Shown here piece by piece: positions 9,536 through 18,346 of a DNA stretch of 64,000 bases; position 1 is the stretch's first letter, and every line of letters begins with the position of its first letter. The DNA comes from Spirochaetota bacterium (GTDB lineage: Bacteria > Spirochaetota > UBA4802 > JAFGDQ01), in assembly GCA_043803405.1 (NCBI GenBank), contig JAZDKB010000013.1:24658-88657 (forward strand). Direction: 5' to 3'. The position numbers and the translations under genes were made by a program. The notes beneath the pieces are model-generated. The model was given only the letters and a program-made list of their open reading frames with translations. It was not told the DNA's origin and did not search any database.

Positions 9536-10319
9536 GATGCGTATCGGGAATATTTTCTATTGTGTTATGAAACACAGAACCCATTAAAATATTAAAAGCA
9601 GGATGTTTTAAAACATATTGAGGAGAGCCCTGCGCAAGGATCTTTTTATTTATCAGTATCATTTTATCCGCGTGCCGCACTATAGAGCCGATGTCATGTG
9701 TTACAACCACAATTGCCAGATGAAATCTCTTTCTCAGATCGCATATTATTTCATAGAAAATATCCATGCCTTTCGCGTCAACAGCCGAAACCGGTTCATC
9801 GAGCAGAAGTATGTCGGGTACAGGATTGAGCGAGCACGCAAGCAGCACCCTCTGGAGTTCTCCGCCGGAGAGTTCTCCGATTTTCCTGTCAATAAGCTTT
9901 TCGGCAGAAACAAGCGAAAGGGCTGTCTTTATCTCATTCTTTTTTTTCTTCGGTATGTAAATCCATGCCGGAAGGAACCCGGCGGATATGAGTATAAAAT
10001 CGCAAACATTAATAGGAGAATCCTGCTGTATATAGGCTTTCTGAGGCACATATCCTATTCTTGGTTTGCCGCTGTCTGAAATCGAAGAGCAGTATAGTAT
10101 CGAGCCGTTATATTTGACCTGCCCAAGAATAGACTTAAGAACAGTGCTTTTACCGGCGCCGTTTGGCCCTATAATCGCAGTCAGCTCCCCGCATAGAAAT
10201 TTAAAACTGATATTTTCCACTGCTGTATGTTTATCATATTTTACCGTCAAATTTTCAATGACAGTACAGCATTGGCCGCAGGGATTTTCCTTGCCGCATT
10301 TAATATTTATTTCGTTCAC
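9516..10319 (-). CDS. znuC: Zn/Mn ABC transporter ATP-binding protein
   Basis: GPNGAGKST, LSGGELQR, LLLDEP, VTHD. Confidence 0.92.
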   Translation of the reverse strand: MNEINIKCGKENPCGQCCTVIENLTVKYDKHTAVENISFKFLCGELTAIIGPNGAGKSTVLKSILGQVKYNGSILYCSSISDSGKPRIGYVPQKAYIQQDSPINVCDFILISAGFLPAWIYIPKKKKNEIKTALSLVSAEKLIDRKIGELSGGELQRVLLACSLNPVPDILLLDEPVSAVDAKGMDIFYEIICDLRKRFHLAIVVVTHDIGSIVRHADKMILINKKILAQGSPQYVLKHPAFNILMGSVFHNTIENIPDTHHGERNG

Positions 10320-11197
10320 TCGAATGCTTTTTTCAATACTGAAAGATTTTTACGCATAATGTTTATATACGCGTTTTTGTCGTCATCACCTGTAACAGCA
10401 GGATCAAGTGTATATACAGTAGCTCCGGTTTCCTTCGCTATGGTGCCGGCAGATGATGAAGGATATTGCGGCTCGGCAAATAGAGTTTTTATCTTTTCTT
10501 TTCTGACGATCTCAATAGTTTCTGCTATTTCCTTCGCCGACGGTTCGCTGCCCGGCTCTCTTTCAATGACCGCAGCGATTTTAAATCCGAATTCCTGCGC
10601 GAAATACGGAAATGCTTCGTGAAATGTAATTATTTTTCTACCTCTGTATTGATTAAGGCTTGCGATCATTTCTATTTTTAAAGCTTCAAGCTGTTTTGTA
10701 TATCTCAAAGCATTCTCTTTATATTGACCCGCGTTTTTTGGATCTGCTGTAGTCAAAGCATTTTGACAGTTATTTACCATAACTATCGCGTTGCTTACGC
10801 TTACCCATACATGAGGATTGTCGCCTTCCTTGCCGCGTATTAATTTAATGTCTTTTGAAAGCTCAGCAATTTTCATAGCAGGAAATTTTTCGGTTATTTT
10901 GTTCAGAAAGGATTCCATGCCTGCGCCATTAACAAGGAAAATGCCGGCCCGTTCGATGCGCTTCATATCTTCAGAGGTTAAGCTGTAATCATGAAGACAC
11001 CCGGTGACAGGGGGCGTCATATTGATAACCTTAGCACCTTTAACGCCGTCGGCGACATTCCTAGCGATAATATAAACAGGATAAAACGAAGCTACGATCT
11101 GAAATTTTCCATCTTCAGTTTTCGCACCGTCTTTCGCGCACCCGATAGCCATTAAAAATAAAATTACAACGAATGCAATCAACGATGTTCTTTTCAT
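10316..11197 (-). CDS. znuA: Zn/Mn ABC transporter substrate-binding lipoprotein
   Basis: Lipobox AIGC; GCLHDY, NPHVW, TFHEAF, LDP. Confidence 0.9.
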   Translation of the reverse strand: MKRTSLIAFVVILFLMAIGCAKDGAKTEDGKFQIVASFYPVYIIARNVADGVKGAKVINMTPPVTGCLHDYSLTSEDMKRIERAGIFLVNGAGMESFLNKITEKFPAMKIAELSKDIKLIRGKEGDNPHVWVSVSNAIVMVNNCQNALTTADPKNAGQYKENALRYTKQLEALKIEMIASLNQYRGRKIITFHEAFPYFAQEFGFKIAAVIEREPGSEPSAKEIAETIEIVRKEKIKTLFAEPQYPSSSAGTIAKETGATVYTLDPAVTGDDDKNAYINIMRKNLSVLKKAFE

Positions 11198-11350
11198 AAC
11201 CTAACCTCCTGGTTTATTTAAGTTTTCTAAAAACAAGAGCCTTCCCGTATCTGCGGAGATGAGATTTTTATACGCGGTTATTGATAGCATAAAGCATGAC
11301 ACTAATAATCTATTATTAAAAAATAATTGACAAACGATACGGAAAAAATA

Positions 11351-11371
11351 AAACGCAAATGAATCGCGTTT
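11351..11371. promoter_or_regulatory. Putative Fur-family (Zur-like) operator, copy 1
   Basis: Imperfect palindrome AAACGCAA-ATGAA-TCGCGTTT between divergent Zn genes. Confidence 0.5.
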
Positions 11372-11413
11372 ACAAAATAAACGGTAAAATAATTATTTTA
11401 TTTGTCAACTATA

Positions 11414-11434
11414 AAACGCAAACAAATTGCGTTC
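11414..11434. promoter_or_regulatory. Putative Fur-family (Zur-like) operator, copy 2
   Basis: AAACGCAA-ACAAA-TTGCGTTC, same geometry as copy 1. Confidence 0.5.
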
Positions 11435-11458
11435 TGTAAAATTCAGGGATGGGGATTT

Positions 11459-12532
11459 ATGTTAATAAAGGAATCATCCGGTCCGCCAGGCAAAAAATTT
11501 CTTATACCTGGTAAATATCTTATTGTAATGGCGGTAATCGTTCTGTATATAATACTCGACTCCGTACAGATAGACTATTCTTTATACGATTTCTCAGCTC
11601 TGTATAAGCTGAATTTATTTTTTTGGGGAATATTCATACAGGCATTCCCGTTTATTCTCTCAGGCGCACTTCTCTCTTCATCTATTCAGATATTTTTTAA
11701 CCGCGAGAAATTCGACGCGCTTGCCGGCTCTTCAGGCAAAGCATCTTTGCTTTTTCCTCTTATTGCTTCATTCATTCTGCCTGTATGCGACTGTTCGTCT
11801 GTAACTGTTGCGGCAGGCTTTGTTAAAAAAAACCTCCCTTTGAGATCGGTTATTATCTACCTGCTTGCCGCTCCCATAGTAAATCCAATAGTGATTGCAG
11901 CCACAATATTCGCTTTCCCCGGAAAAACTGAGATGGTAATTATACGGATTGCTATCGGTTTATTAACCGCATTTATTGTAGCCTTAATTATGCACAGGAT
12001 ATTCGGAGGGCCGAATGCATCATATATCCGTCAAAGTAATCATGAACATAAAATTTGCGGATGTGAACATTGCGCTGCTGAGATAAAAATTGCTCTAAAT
12101 ATGCCGTTAATATCAAAATTACGTATGCTTCTGCTGAACACCGGCGATGAATTGTTCCATGTTTTGCCTTATATAATTGCAGGTTCTCTTATATCCTCCA
12201 TGTTCCAGCTATGGATACCTAAAAGTATAATACAATCCAACAGCGCCTTTGCAGGGATTTTTTTACAGACCGGTATAATGCTGTCCGCCGCGTTTTTACT
12301 TTCCCTGTGCTCCACCTCTGACTCTTTTGTAGCGAGATCTTTTTACGGCCATTTCACGGCAGGCCCTGTTTTGGGTTTTATGATCCTGGGGCCAATGATA
12401 GACGTAAAAAACGTAATAGTGCTTTCATCATATTTTAAAAAACGTTTTGTGGCAATTCTTACCTTGCTCATATTCTTCACTGTTTATCTATTAATAATTT
12501 TATTATCATTTTTATTTAAAGGTTTGCTATGA
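11459..12532 (+). CDS. DUF318/ArsP_1 family permease
   Basis: PVCDC, LLAAPIVNP, LSLCSTSD, GPMIDVKN; start moved to ATG after GGGGA. Confidence 0.88.
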   Translation: MLIKESSGPPGKKFLIPGKYLIVMAVIVLYIILDSVQIDYSLYDFSALYKLNLFFWGIFIQAFPFILSGALLSSSIQIFFNREKFDALAGSSGKASLLFPLIASFILPVCDCSSVTVAAGFVKKNLPLRSVIIYLLAAPIVNPIVIAATIFAFPGKTEMVIIRIAIGLLTAFIVALIMHRIFGGPNASYIRQSNHEHKICGCEHCAAEIKIALNMPLISKLRMLLLNTGDELFHVLPYIIAGSLISSMFQLWIPKSIIQSNSAFAGIFLQTGIMLSAAFLLSLCSTSDSFVARSFYGHFTAGPVLGFMILGPMIDVKNVIVLSSYFKKRFVAILTLLIFFTVYLLIILLSFLFKGLL

Positions 12533-13287
12533 CCGGATCAGGCAAAATAAACGCTGTAATCCTTTTCAGGGCATTGCTGCTCATAATATATTGCGCGTTT
12601 TTTCTGAATATAATACTAAGCGGCTCTGTGGCTAAATATGTTCATCCTCGCTATAATATATTTTTAATTATTTCATGCGCAGTATCCGCAGTAATAATTA
12701 CCGTAATGCTCCTGTCCGTTAAATCTCATTCTCATGCTAAAATTTCCGCAGGCCGGATTATATTGCTTATCCTCCCGCTTCTGTTCGCTTTTACAACACG
12801 AAACATGGACACAAATTATTCGGATAATTTTTCTTCAGCAGGCGGCGCCTCGAAATACCCGGATACAAACAAAGAAATGCCGGCTGAAATGCTTCCCGAT
12901 TTCATCCTTGACGCAAGAGAAAAGGACAGCATAAACATGGTTGAGAAACATTTTGTACCGATTATCGACGATATTTACAATAATCCTTCCGTATATCAAG
13001 GTAAGTCGATCTCCGTTTCAGGGATAGTGTTAAAAAGAAAATACGCGGACAACAAAGAAGAATTCGCTGTAGCTAGAATGATGATGATTTGCTGCGCTGC
13101 AGATGTTCAGCCAGCGGGATTCATCTGCAGGTATAAAGACGCGACTTCAATAGCGGCGAACGTGTGGTATAAAATATCCGGAGTAATAGAGATAATCAAT
13201 TTAGAGAAATCCGATATACCAGTAATAAAGGTCATGGAAGCCGTAAAGACCGTTAAACCGGCAAATCAATATGTTTATCCATTTTAA
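12529..13287 (+). CDS. TIGR03943/DUF1980 family permease partner
   Basis: YVHPR, ARMMMICCAAD, QYVYP. Confidence 0.88.
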   Translation: MTGSGKINAVILFRALLLIIYCAFFLNIILSGSVAKYVHPRYNIFLIISCAVSAVIITVMLLSVKSHSHAKISAGRIILLILPLLFAFTTRNMDTNYSDNFSSAGGASKYPDTNKEMPAEMLPDFILDAREKDSINMVEKHFVPIIDDIYNNPSVYQGKSISVSGIVLKRKYADNKEEFAVARMMMICCAADVQPAGFICRYKDATSIAANVWYKISGVIEIINLEKSDIPVIKVMEAVKTVKPANQYVYPF

Positions 13288-13404
13288 ATGCTAAGGTATC
13301 GGTTCTAAAAGTGAGCGGCTATTCCCCGCCCCTTTTATTAGCGCCTGGCATGGAACTAATAAATATTGCTTGATTATATAAACATAAATAAATACAGGTT
13401 TTTT

Positions 13405-13788
13405 ATGAGGCCAAGATTATCCGAGTTCAGAAAAGAGTTAGTAAGCTTACTAGATGAAAAAGGTATTCCTTTAAGCGTAAAAGACATACACTCGGTTAAC
13501 AAAGACGTTGATCTTTCCACTGTTTACAGAGCGCTTGAATACCTTGAATCTACAGGTGCGATAAAATCCATTATTATCCCATGCAACTGCGGCCAATTCC
13601 GTTATTATCATACGGATAAAAAACATGTTCATTATCTGCATTGTGAAAAATGCCACACTTTCTATTCTGTACCGTACTGCGGCCTTAATAAAATTGAAAA
13701 AGATATTCATAAAAATTTTAATTTTGAGGTCACAAATCATATTCTGTTTTTCTTTGGTAAATGCCAGAATTGCGTCCAGTCAGAATAG
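13405..13788 (+). CDS. Fur family transcriptional regulator (Zur-like by context)
   Basis: STVYRAL, HVHYLHCEKC, GKCQNC. Confidence 0.88.
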   Translation: MRPRLSEFRKELVSLLDEKGIPLSVKDIHSVNKDVDLSTVYRALEYLESTGAIKSIIIPCNCGQFRYYHTDKKHVHYLHCEKCHTFYSVPYCGLNKIEKDIHKNFNFEVTNHILFFFGKCQNCVQSE

Positions 13789-14083
13789 TTTTTTTGTGAT
13801 GCTATTGCATAGCTTTCAGCCATTGTTTACATTTTGTACATGATATTGCATGTTTGAATAATTCTTTCATTTGTTTCATTTTAAATAATCACAATAATTT
13901 TAAGACCGGCACAAATTATATTCATTGCTTAAAATTGTTAAAAATGCTTGATCGATTTTTTATTTCAAAGCGTAATACCTCGACGCTTATGTCGAGGATG
14001 AAGGCATTGAAATATTAAATTTTAATAGATATCCGGAAAAAGATCTGTGAAAGCTTAACAATAGGCATCAAAAAGAGGACTTG

Positions 14084-14170
14084 ATGTTTGAATTGAAATT
14101 TGATGAAACATTATGCGCGGCCTGCCCTACAGGCGCGTGCCTGGCAAAGTGCCAGTATATGGAGATCGGC
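14084..14170 (+). repeat. 87-bp exact direct repeat, copy 1 (first 29 codons of the gene at 17314)
   Basis: Base-for-base identical to 17314-17400. Confidence 0.95.
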
Positions 14171-14399
14171 CCTCCGGCTTGCGGGCGGATGTCTCGTAAG
14201 ACAGCTCTTTCTCGCCGGCGAAGGCGATGGAGACGCTGCAGTTTTTGTTCTGGGCATGATCGTTGGAGCCGGAATAGCGCATAAGTTCGGCAAGGCAAGC
14301 TCCGCTACCGGAATCGGGCCTCACAGCATTGCAGCTGTAGTTACAGGATTTATTGTCTGTCTGTTTTTTGGTTTTACAATGAGAAAAAAAATCGCATAA
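14171..14399 (+). pseudogene. yedE: YedE-family selenium-metabolism membrane protein, C-terminal remnant
   Basis: LAGGCLVRQLFLAGEGDGDAAVFVLGM (family usually LAGGCPGRQL); 5' part missing. Confidence 0.8.
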
Positions 14400-14411
14400 G
14401 GAGATAAAATA

Positions 14412-14630
14412 ATAGCAACAACAGTTGACGCAAGAGGGCTTTCATGCCCTCAGCCCGTAATTTTAGTTTTAAATGAAATTAAAAAGGGAAAAGATAAAGA
14501 TATAATAATTCTTGTCGATACTGATACATCCAAAGAAAATGTAAGCAGTGCTGCTGAAAATCAGGGGTGCAAGACAAACGAAATTTTATCTGAAAGCAGT
14601 GGATTTAAAATTTCGATCACAAAAGCATAA
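14412..14630 (+). pseudogene. TusA/SirA/YedF-like sulfur/selenium carrier, ATA at the expected start position
   Basis: VDARGLSCPQPV..ILVDT..SKENV, open frame, AAGGAG RBS, no ATG; may be weakly translated. Confidence 0.75.
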
Positions 14631-14636
14631 AAATTT

Positions 14637-14747
14637 TTGTTTAAATTTTTTAAAAATAAAAAAGAAGATCGCGGGTTATCCGTTGAGCGAGGCATATTTG
14701 TTTTTCAGAATACCAGCGAAGTCATAGAAGCGGAAAAAATTCAGTAA
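14637..14747 (+). pseudogene. DUF3343 family protein, truncated
   Basis: GIFVFQNTSEVIEAEK then stop where it meets the selD remnant. Confidence 0.6.
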
Positions 14748-14939
14748 GGGTCGTCCACGATTGGAGTAAAAAAATCCATTGTCTGGATGAGAGCAAGGTC
14801 ATCCGATACTTTGTAAACACCGGCATCATCCGCACGGTCAAGACCAAAGCGCTCTGTCCATGTCCTCCGTACCGACTTTGGAGGCTCAGCCTGCGCCTGT
14901 AACAGTTTTCGTGAGACATGGTCTTGTGGGTTCCGCCAT
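14741..14939 (-). pseudogene. selD: Selenophosphate synthetase (Sec-containing type), frameshifted and truncated
   Basis: [19 protein letters not shown], then frameshifted [29 protein letters not shown]. Confidence 0.9.
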
Positions 14940-15021
14940 TTTTCTGTCCTCTATATTACGAATTTTATTTTAATGATTGATATATACAGTAACTGTTTTT
15001 TAAAAAAATCACAAACATATA

Positions 15022-15306
15022 TCATTGCCCGTGCTTTTTCATTTTTTCCAGCGCTGAATTGAAATGCCGGTCAATTTTTTCCGAAAGCTTGATTATTTTT
15101 CGAAACTCCGATGCAATATCATTGAAACCGGATTTCATTGTTTGTTTATGCCATTTTTTTAGATCATCAACATGATCCAGATTGTGCTTTATGAGATATG
15201 GAATAAGCGTCCTGAGCTGTTCCGGATCAAATCCGGCATGATCTTTTTCATGCTCATGTTCATGACTGTGTCCGTGATCGTGATGATGCCCGTTATCTTC
15301 ATGCAT
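15022..15306 (-). CDS. His-rich putative nickel-binding protein
   Basis: HHHDHGHSHEHEHE then helical HNLDH..W segment; start at ATG after GGAGG. Confidence 0.75.
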   Translation of the reverse strand: MHEDNGHHHDHGHSHEHEHEKDHAGFDPEQLRTLIPYLIKHNLDHVDDLKKWHKQTMKSGFNDIASEFRKIIKLSEKIDRHFNSALEKMKKHGQ

Positions 15307-15452
15307 TGTTTTTACCTCCCGCATCCCTTAGTATTATAATTATATAATTGTCAACCATGTTGATTTCCTCAACTCTACAATCTTCAAGTCTTATTCCATC
15401 ATCAAAGACTATATTTGAAAGCTAAAATATCATATTTTTTTTTAAATATTTA

Positions 15453-15644
15453 TTAGTTTGTTTTTATTAAAATAACCCGTGAGTTGATGAAATCAATTTT
15501 TTCGATTACTGCTTTTATCACTTTTTCTTCTTCAAAAAGACTTGATAAAACTATATTGTTATCATCAATTCTTAATGTCGCGGTATTCGCAAAAATTTGT
15601 TCTTCTTTTGAATTATTTTTTATCCAAACAGTTGGCATGCACAT
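15453..15644 (-). CDS. CooT family nickel-binding protein
   Basis: 63 aa starting MC, with LFEEEK..AVIEKIDF pattern. Confidence 0.75.
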   Translation of the reverse strand: MCMPTVWIKNNSKEEQIFANTATLRIDDNNIVLSSLFEEEKVIKAVIEKIDFINSRVILIKTN

Positions 15645-15691
15645 TTTTTCACCCCCGATTTTTCATTTAAAAAATAATTAATCCGATCTGC

Positions 15692-16123
15692 CTAAGCTTT
15701 TTTATTCCTAGAATTTTCAACAGCCTTATGCAAATTGTTGGCGGCAAGCAGCGCGTAGTGCTGATCCTCTTCAGGCAGACCGCCTATTGTATCCAGAATG
15801 GTTTCATTTGAAATTTTTTTTATTTCGTCCGGCGTTTTCCCAAATGCAAGTTCTGCTGCCAGGGAGCCGCAAATCATGCTCGGACCGCATCCGTCAGTCT
15901 GAAATGACGATTCCCTGACTGCACCTTTTTCGAATTTCAGGAAAATTTCCATAGTATCGCCACATGGGCCTTTAATACAGCCGTATCCGTCCGAGTTTTC
16001 CATTGGCCCCATATGCGTTGGATTGTTCCATGTGTCAAATGCCTTTTGGCCGTAATCCTTTAGTGTATCTTTATATATCCTTTCCTGTAATTCATTTACA
16101 AAATCATCAAGACGATCAGACAT
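15692..16123 (-). CDS. NifU/IscU-like Fe-S scaffold protein (third Cys replaced by Tyr)
   Basis: GPCGDTMEIFL, TDGC, GGLP...HYA. Confidence 0.85.
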   Translation of the reverse strand: MSDRLDDFVNELQERIYKDTLKDYGQKAFDTWNNPTHMGPMENSDGYGCIKGPCGDTMEIFLKFEKGAVRESSFQTDGCGPSMICGSLAAELAFGKTPDEIKKISNETILDTIGGLPEEDQHYALLAANNLHKAVENSRNKKA

Positions 16124-16221
16124 TTTTTCCTCTTCATTTATAATATAGCATTAGGGTTTCAAATTCTGAAAATTTTATCAGATTTATAGAGATAGAGTAT
16201 TCAGAAAAATTGTTTCTATAA

Positions 16222-16734
16222 TCAATTTTTATTTTTTTTATAAAAATTATCTATTGCTTCCTTCAGTGTATTTATTGCAAGTAAAGCGCAATGTTTATGA
16301 TCATCAGGCAGCCCTCCTAATGAATCAAGCACATCCTGCTGCGTGTAATTCCTGATCTCGTCAATATTTTTACCTTTGACCATCTCAGCTACCATACCTC
16401 CTGCAGCGATGGATGGCTGGCACCCGTCTGTCTGGAATGAAGAGTCAATGATTATGCTGTTATTCGTTTTAAGAAATATCTCCATAGTGTCTCCGCACGG
16501 GCCTGTAATTCTGGCAAATCCGTCCGGCGCCTCAATCCTTCTATTGTCTTTTGCCCTCAAAAAAAGATCAATTGCTTTATCCGTATAGAGCGATCTTAGC
16601 TGAGCAATAATCTGTTTTTTAAATCTTTCATATTCAGGCGACTTATTTTTAAATACTCCTATGCTTTCAAGGCCTTCATCTGCCCATTTTTCAATGGCAC
16701 TTCCGAGTTCAGTCGATAATTCTTTTTTCCCCAT
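16222..16734 (-). CDS. NifU/IscU-like Fe-S scaffold protein
   Basis: GPCGDTMEIFL, TDGC, HCALLA; start at ATG after GAGGAGG. Confidence 0.88.
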   Translation of the reverse strand: MGKKELSTELGSAIEKWADEGLESIGVFKNKSPEYERFKKQIIAQLRSLYTDKAIDLFLRAKDNRRIEAPDGFARITGPCGDTMEIFLKTNNSIIIDSSFQTDGCQPSIAAGGMVAEMVKGKNIDEIRNYTQQDVLDSLGGLPDDHKHCALLAINTLKEAIDNFYKKNKN

Positions 16735-16753
16735 AAACCTCCTCATATTTATC

Positions 16754-16802
16754 TTGACTTGTGAAATTATGGTCATTATATTGGTAATGAAAATCATTTT
16801 CA
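16754..16802 (+). promoter_or_regulatory. Sigma-70 promoter with overlapping Fur box
   Basis: TTGACT-17-TATATT followed by TGGTAATG-AAAAT-CATTTTCA. Confidence 0.7.
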
Positions 16803-16830
16803 ACTAATATTTTCAGCAAGGAGCAATAAA

Positions 16831-16998
16831 ATGGCTGTTAAAGTACATAAATCCAAATGTACCGGTTGCGGCGCATGCGCAGATGTCTGTCCGGTAGAGG
16901 CAATTAAAGTAAATGATATAGCTAAGGTAGATGAAAATGAATGTACTGAATGCGGAACATGTATTGATGAATGCCCCAGTGAAGCTTTATCGCTGTAA
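16831..16998 (+). CDS. 2x[4Fe-4S] ferredoxin (55 aa)
   Basis: CTGCGACADVCP and CTECGTCIDECP; AAGGAG RBS; below ORF-track size cut-off. Confidence 0.95.
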   Translation: MAVKVHKSKCTGCGACADVCPVEAIKVNDIAKVDENECTECGTCIDECPSEALSL

Positions 16999-17313
16999 TC
17001 TGGATTAAAAAATTACAAATCTGTCGTTGTTATTGTTGCCATAGGCTGAGGTGAGTACTGAGGTATCATTTTACAAGATATTATTGAGTTGCTTCGCATT
17101 TTAAAATGCTGGCATTCTCGATGTAAGTAACACGTGCATGATGAGCCTTTTTTTGAAGATCAAAGCCGGGAGATAAGCCGGTAAAATATTAGTCAAGACT
17201 AGTGCGTCGATGTTTAGATTAAAATTCAAAGTCTATCGAAAATCAATAATATCTTGGAATATATAGTTAAGAATTCCAATAAGATTTTCTGAAATATTCG
17301 GAAAGGAAATTCC

Positions 17314-17400
17314 ATGTTTGAATTGAAATTTGATGAAACATTATGCGCGGCCTGCCCTACAGGCGCGTGCCTGGCAAAGTGCCAGTATATGGAGATCGGC
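17314..17400 (+). repeat. 87-bp exact direct repeat, copy 2
   Basis: Identical to 14084-14170. Confidence 0.95.
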
Positions 17401-18336
17401 AAAGATGAGGCCAAACAGGAGATGCTGAAGATCTGCCGGGGAGAGGACTCCAGGGTGCTTCATGACTGCGTGACATGTTATGCCTGTGAAGAATACTGCA
17501 GGCGCGGCAATCACCCGTTTTATCTTATCACTCAAAGAAGAGAAGATAAGGCGATTTTAACAGCGCCCAGGGCGATCAACCGGCAGTGGATCAATATCGG
17601 GGAGCCACGCGGCAGAATTGAAACAGGCAAAATTAAAGCAAAGGCACTGTCATTCGGGTTTATGCCCCAGTTCAGGGATATTGTGAAAGGCAGGCTCTTT
17701 GAGGATGTAATGCCGTCATGGTTTTTCGGTCAGGAATTTTTCTGTAATATGGTCTATGTCCATTTTGCCAATACAAAGACTTTTAAGGAGCGCATGCCTG
17801 TTGTTATCGAGAATATTCGAAAACTGGGAGTTAAAGAAGTAATATTTATGCACGATGAGTGCTACGCTGCATTCACATCACTGGCGCCTGCTTATGGCAT
17901 GGAGGTGCCCTTTAAATCGGTACATTACTTTGAGTATTTATATAATCGTTTACAGGAACTGAAGGATGAGATCCGGCCCCTTCATATTAAAGTGGCCTAT
18001 CAGAGGCCCTGTTCAAACCGGATGTGCGAAAATACTCATCACTATGTCGCTAAAATCATGAAGCTTATCGGTGCTGAACTGGTCGAACGAACCTATCAGG
18101 ACGAAAACTCCCTGTGCTGCGGAAGCATATTCAGGGCCATGTACGGATACGATCTGTTTACAGATGTGCAGACAAGGAATATCAGGGACATGGTGGAAAG
18201 CGGTGCTGAATACTGCGTATTCAACTGTCATGGCTGCGAAAATGCCCTTAGCGCAAGGGTGTCTAAAGCCGGGATCAAACCCATACATATAGTGGAACTA
18301 TGCAAAATGGCTATATGCGAAGGAACGGATAAATAG
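17314..18336 (+). CDS. Fe-S binding protein with CCG domain
   Basis: CAACPTGACLAKC, CVTCYACEEYC, QRPC, CCG, CHGC. Confidence 0.85.
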   Translation: MFELKFDETLCAACPTGACLAKCQYMEIGKDEAKQEMLKICRGEDSRVLHDCVTCYACEEYCRRGNHPFYLITQRREDKAILTAPRAINRQWINIGEPRGRIETGKIKAKALSFGFMPQFRDIVKGRLFEDVMPSWFFGQEFFCNMVYVHFANTKTFKERMPVVIENIRKLGVKEVIFMHDECYAAFTSLAPAYGMEVPFKSVHYFEYLYNRLQELKDEIRPLHIKVAYQRPCSNRMCENTHHYVAKIMKLIGAELVERTYQDENSLCCGSIFRAMYGYDLFTDVQTRNIRDMVESGAEYCVFNCHGCENALSARVSKAGIKPIHIVELCKMAICEGTDK

Positions 18337-18346
18337 GGAGTATATT

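Noticed and set aside
14081..14399. ORF-track proteins of 67 aa and 99 aa as real genes
   Set aside because: They are chimeras of the 87-bp duplicate and the yedE remnant
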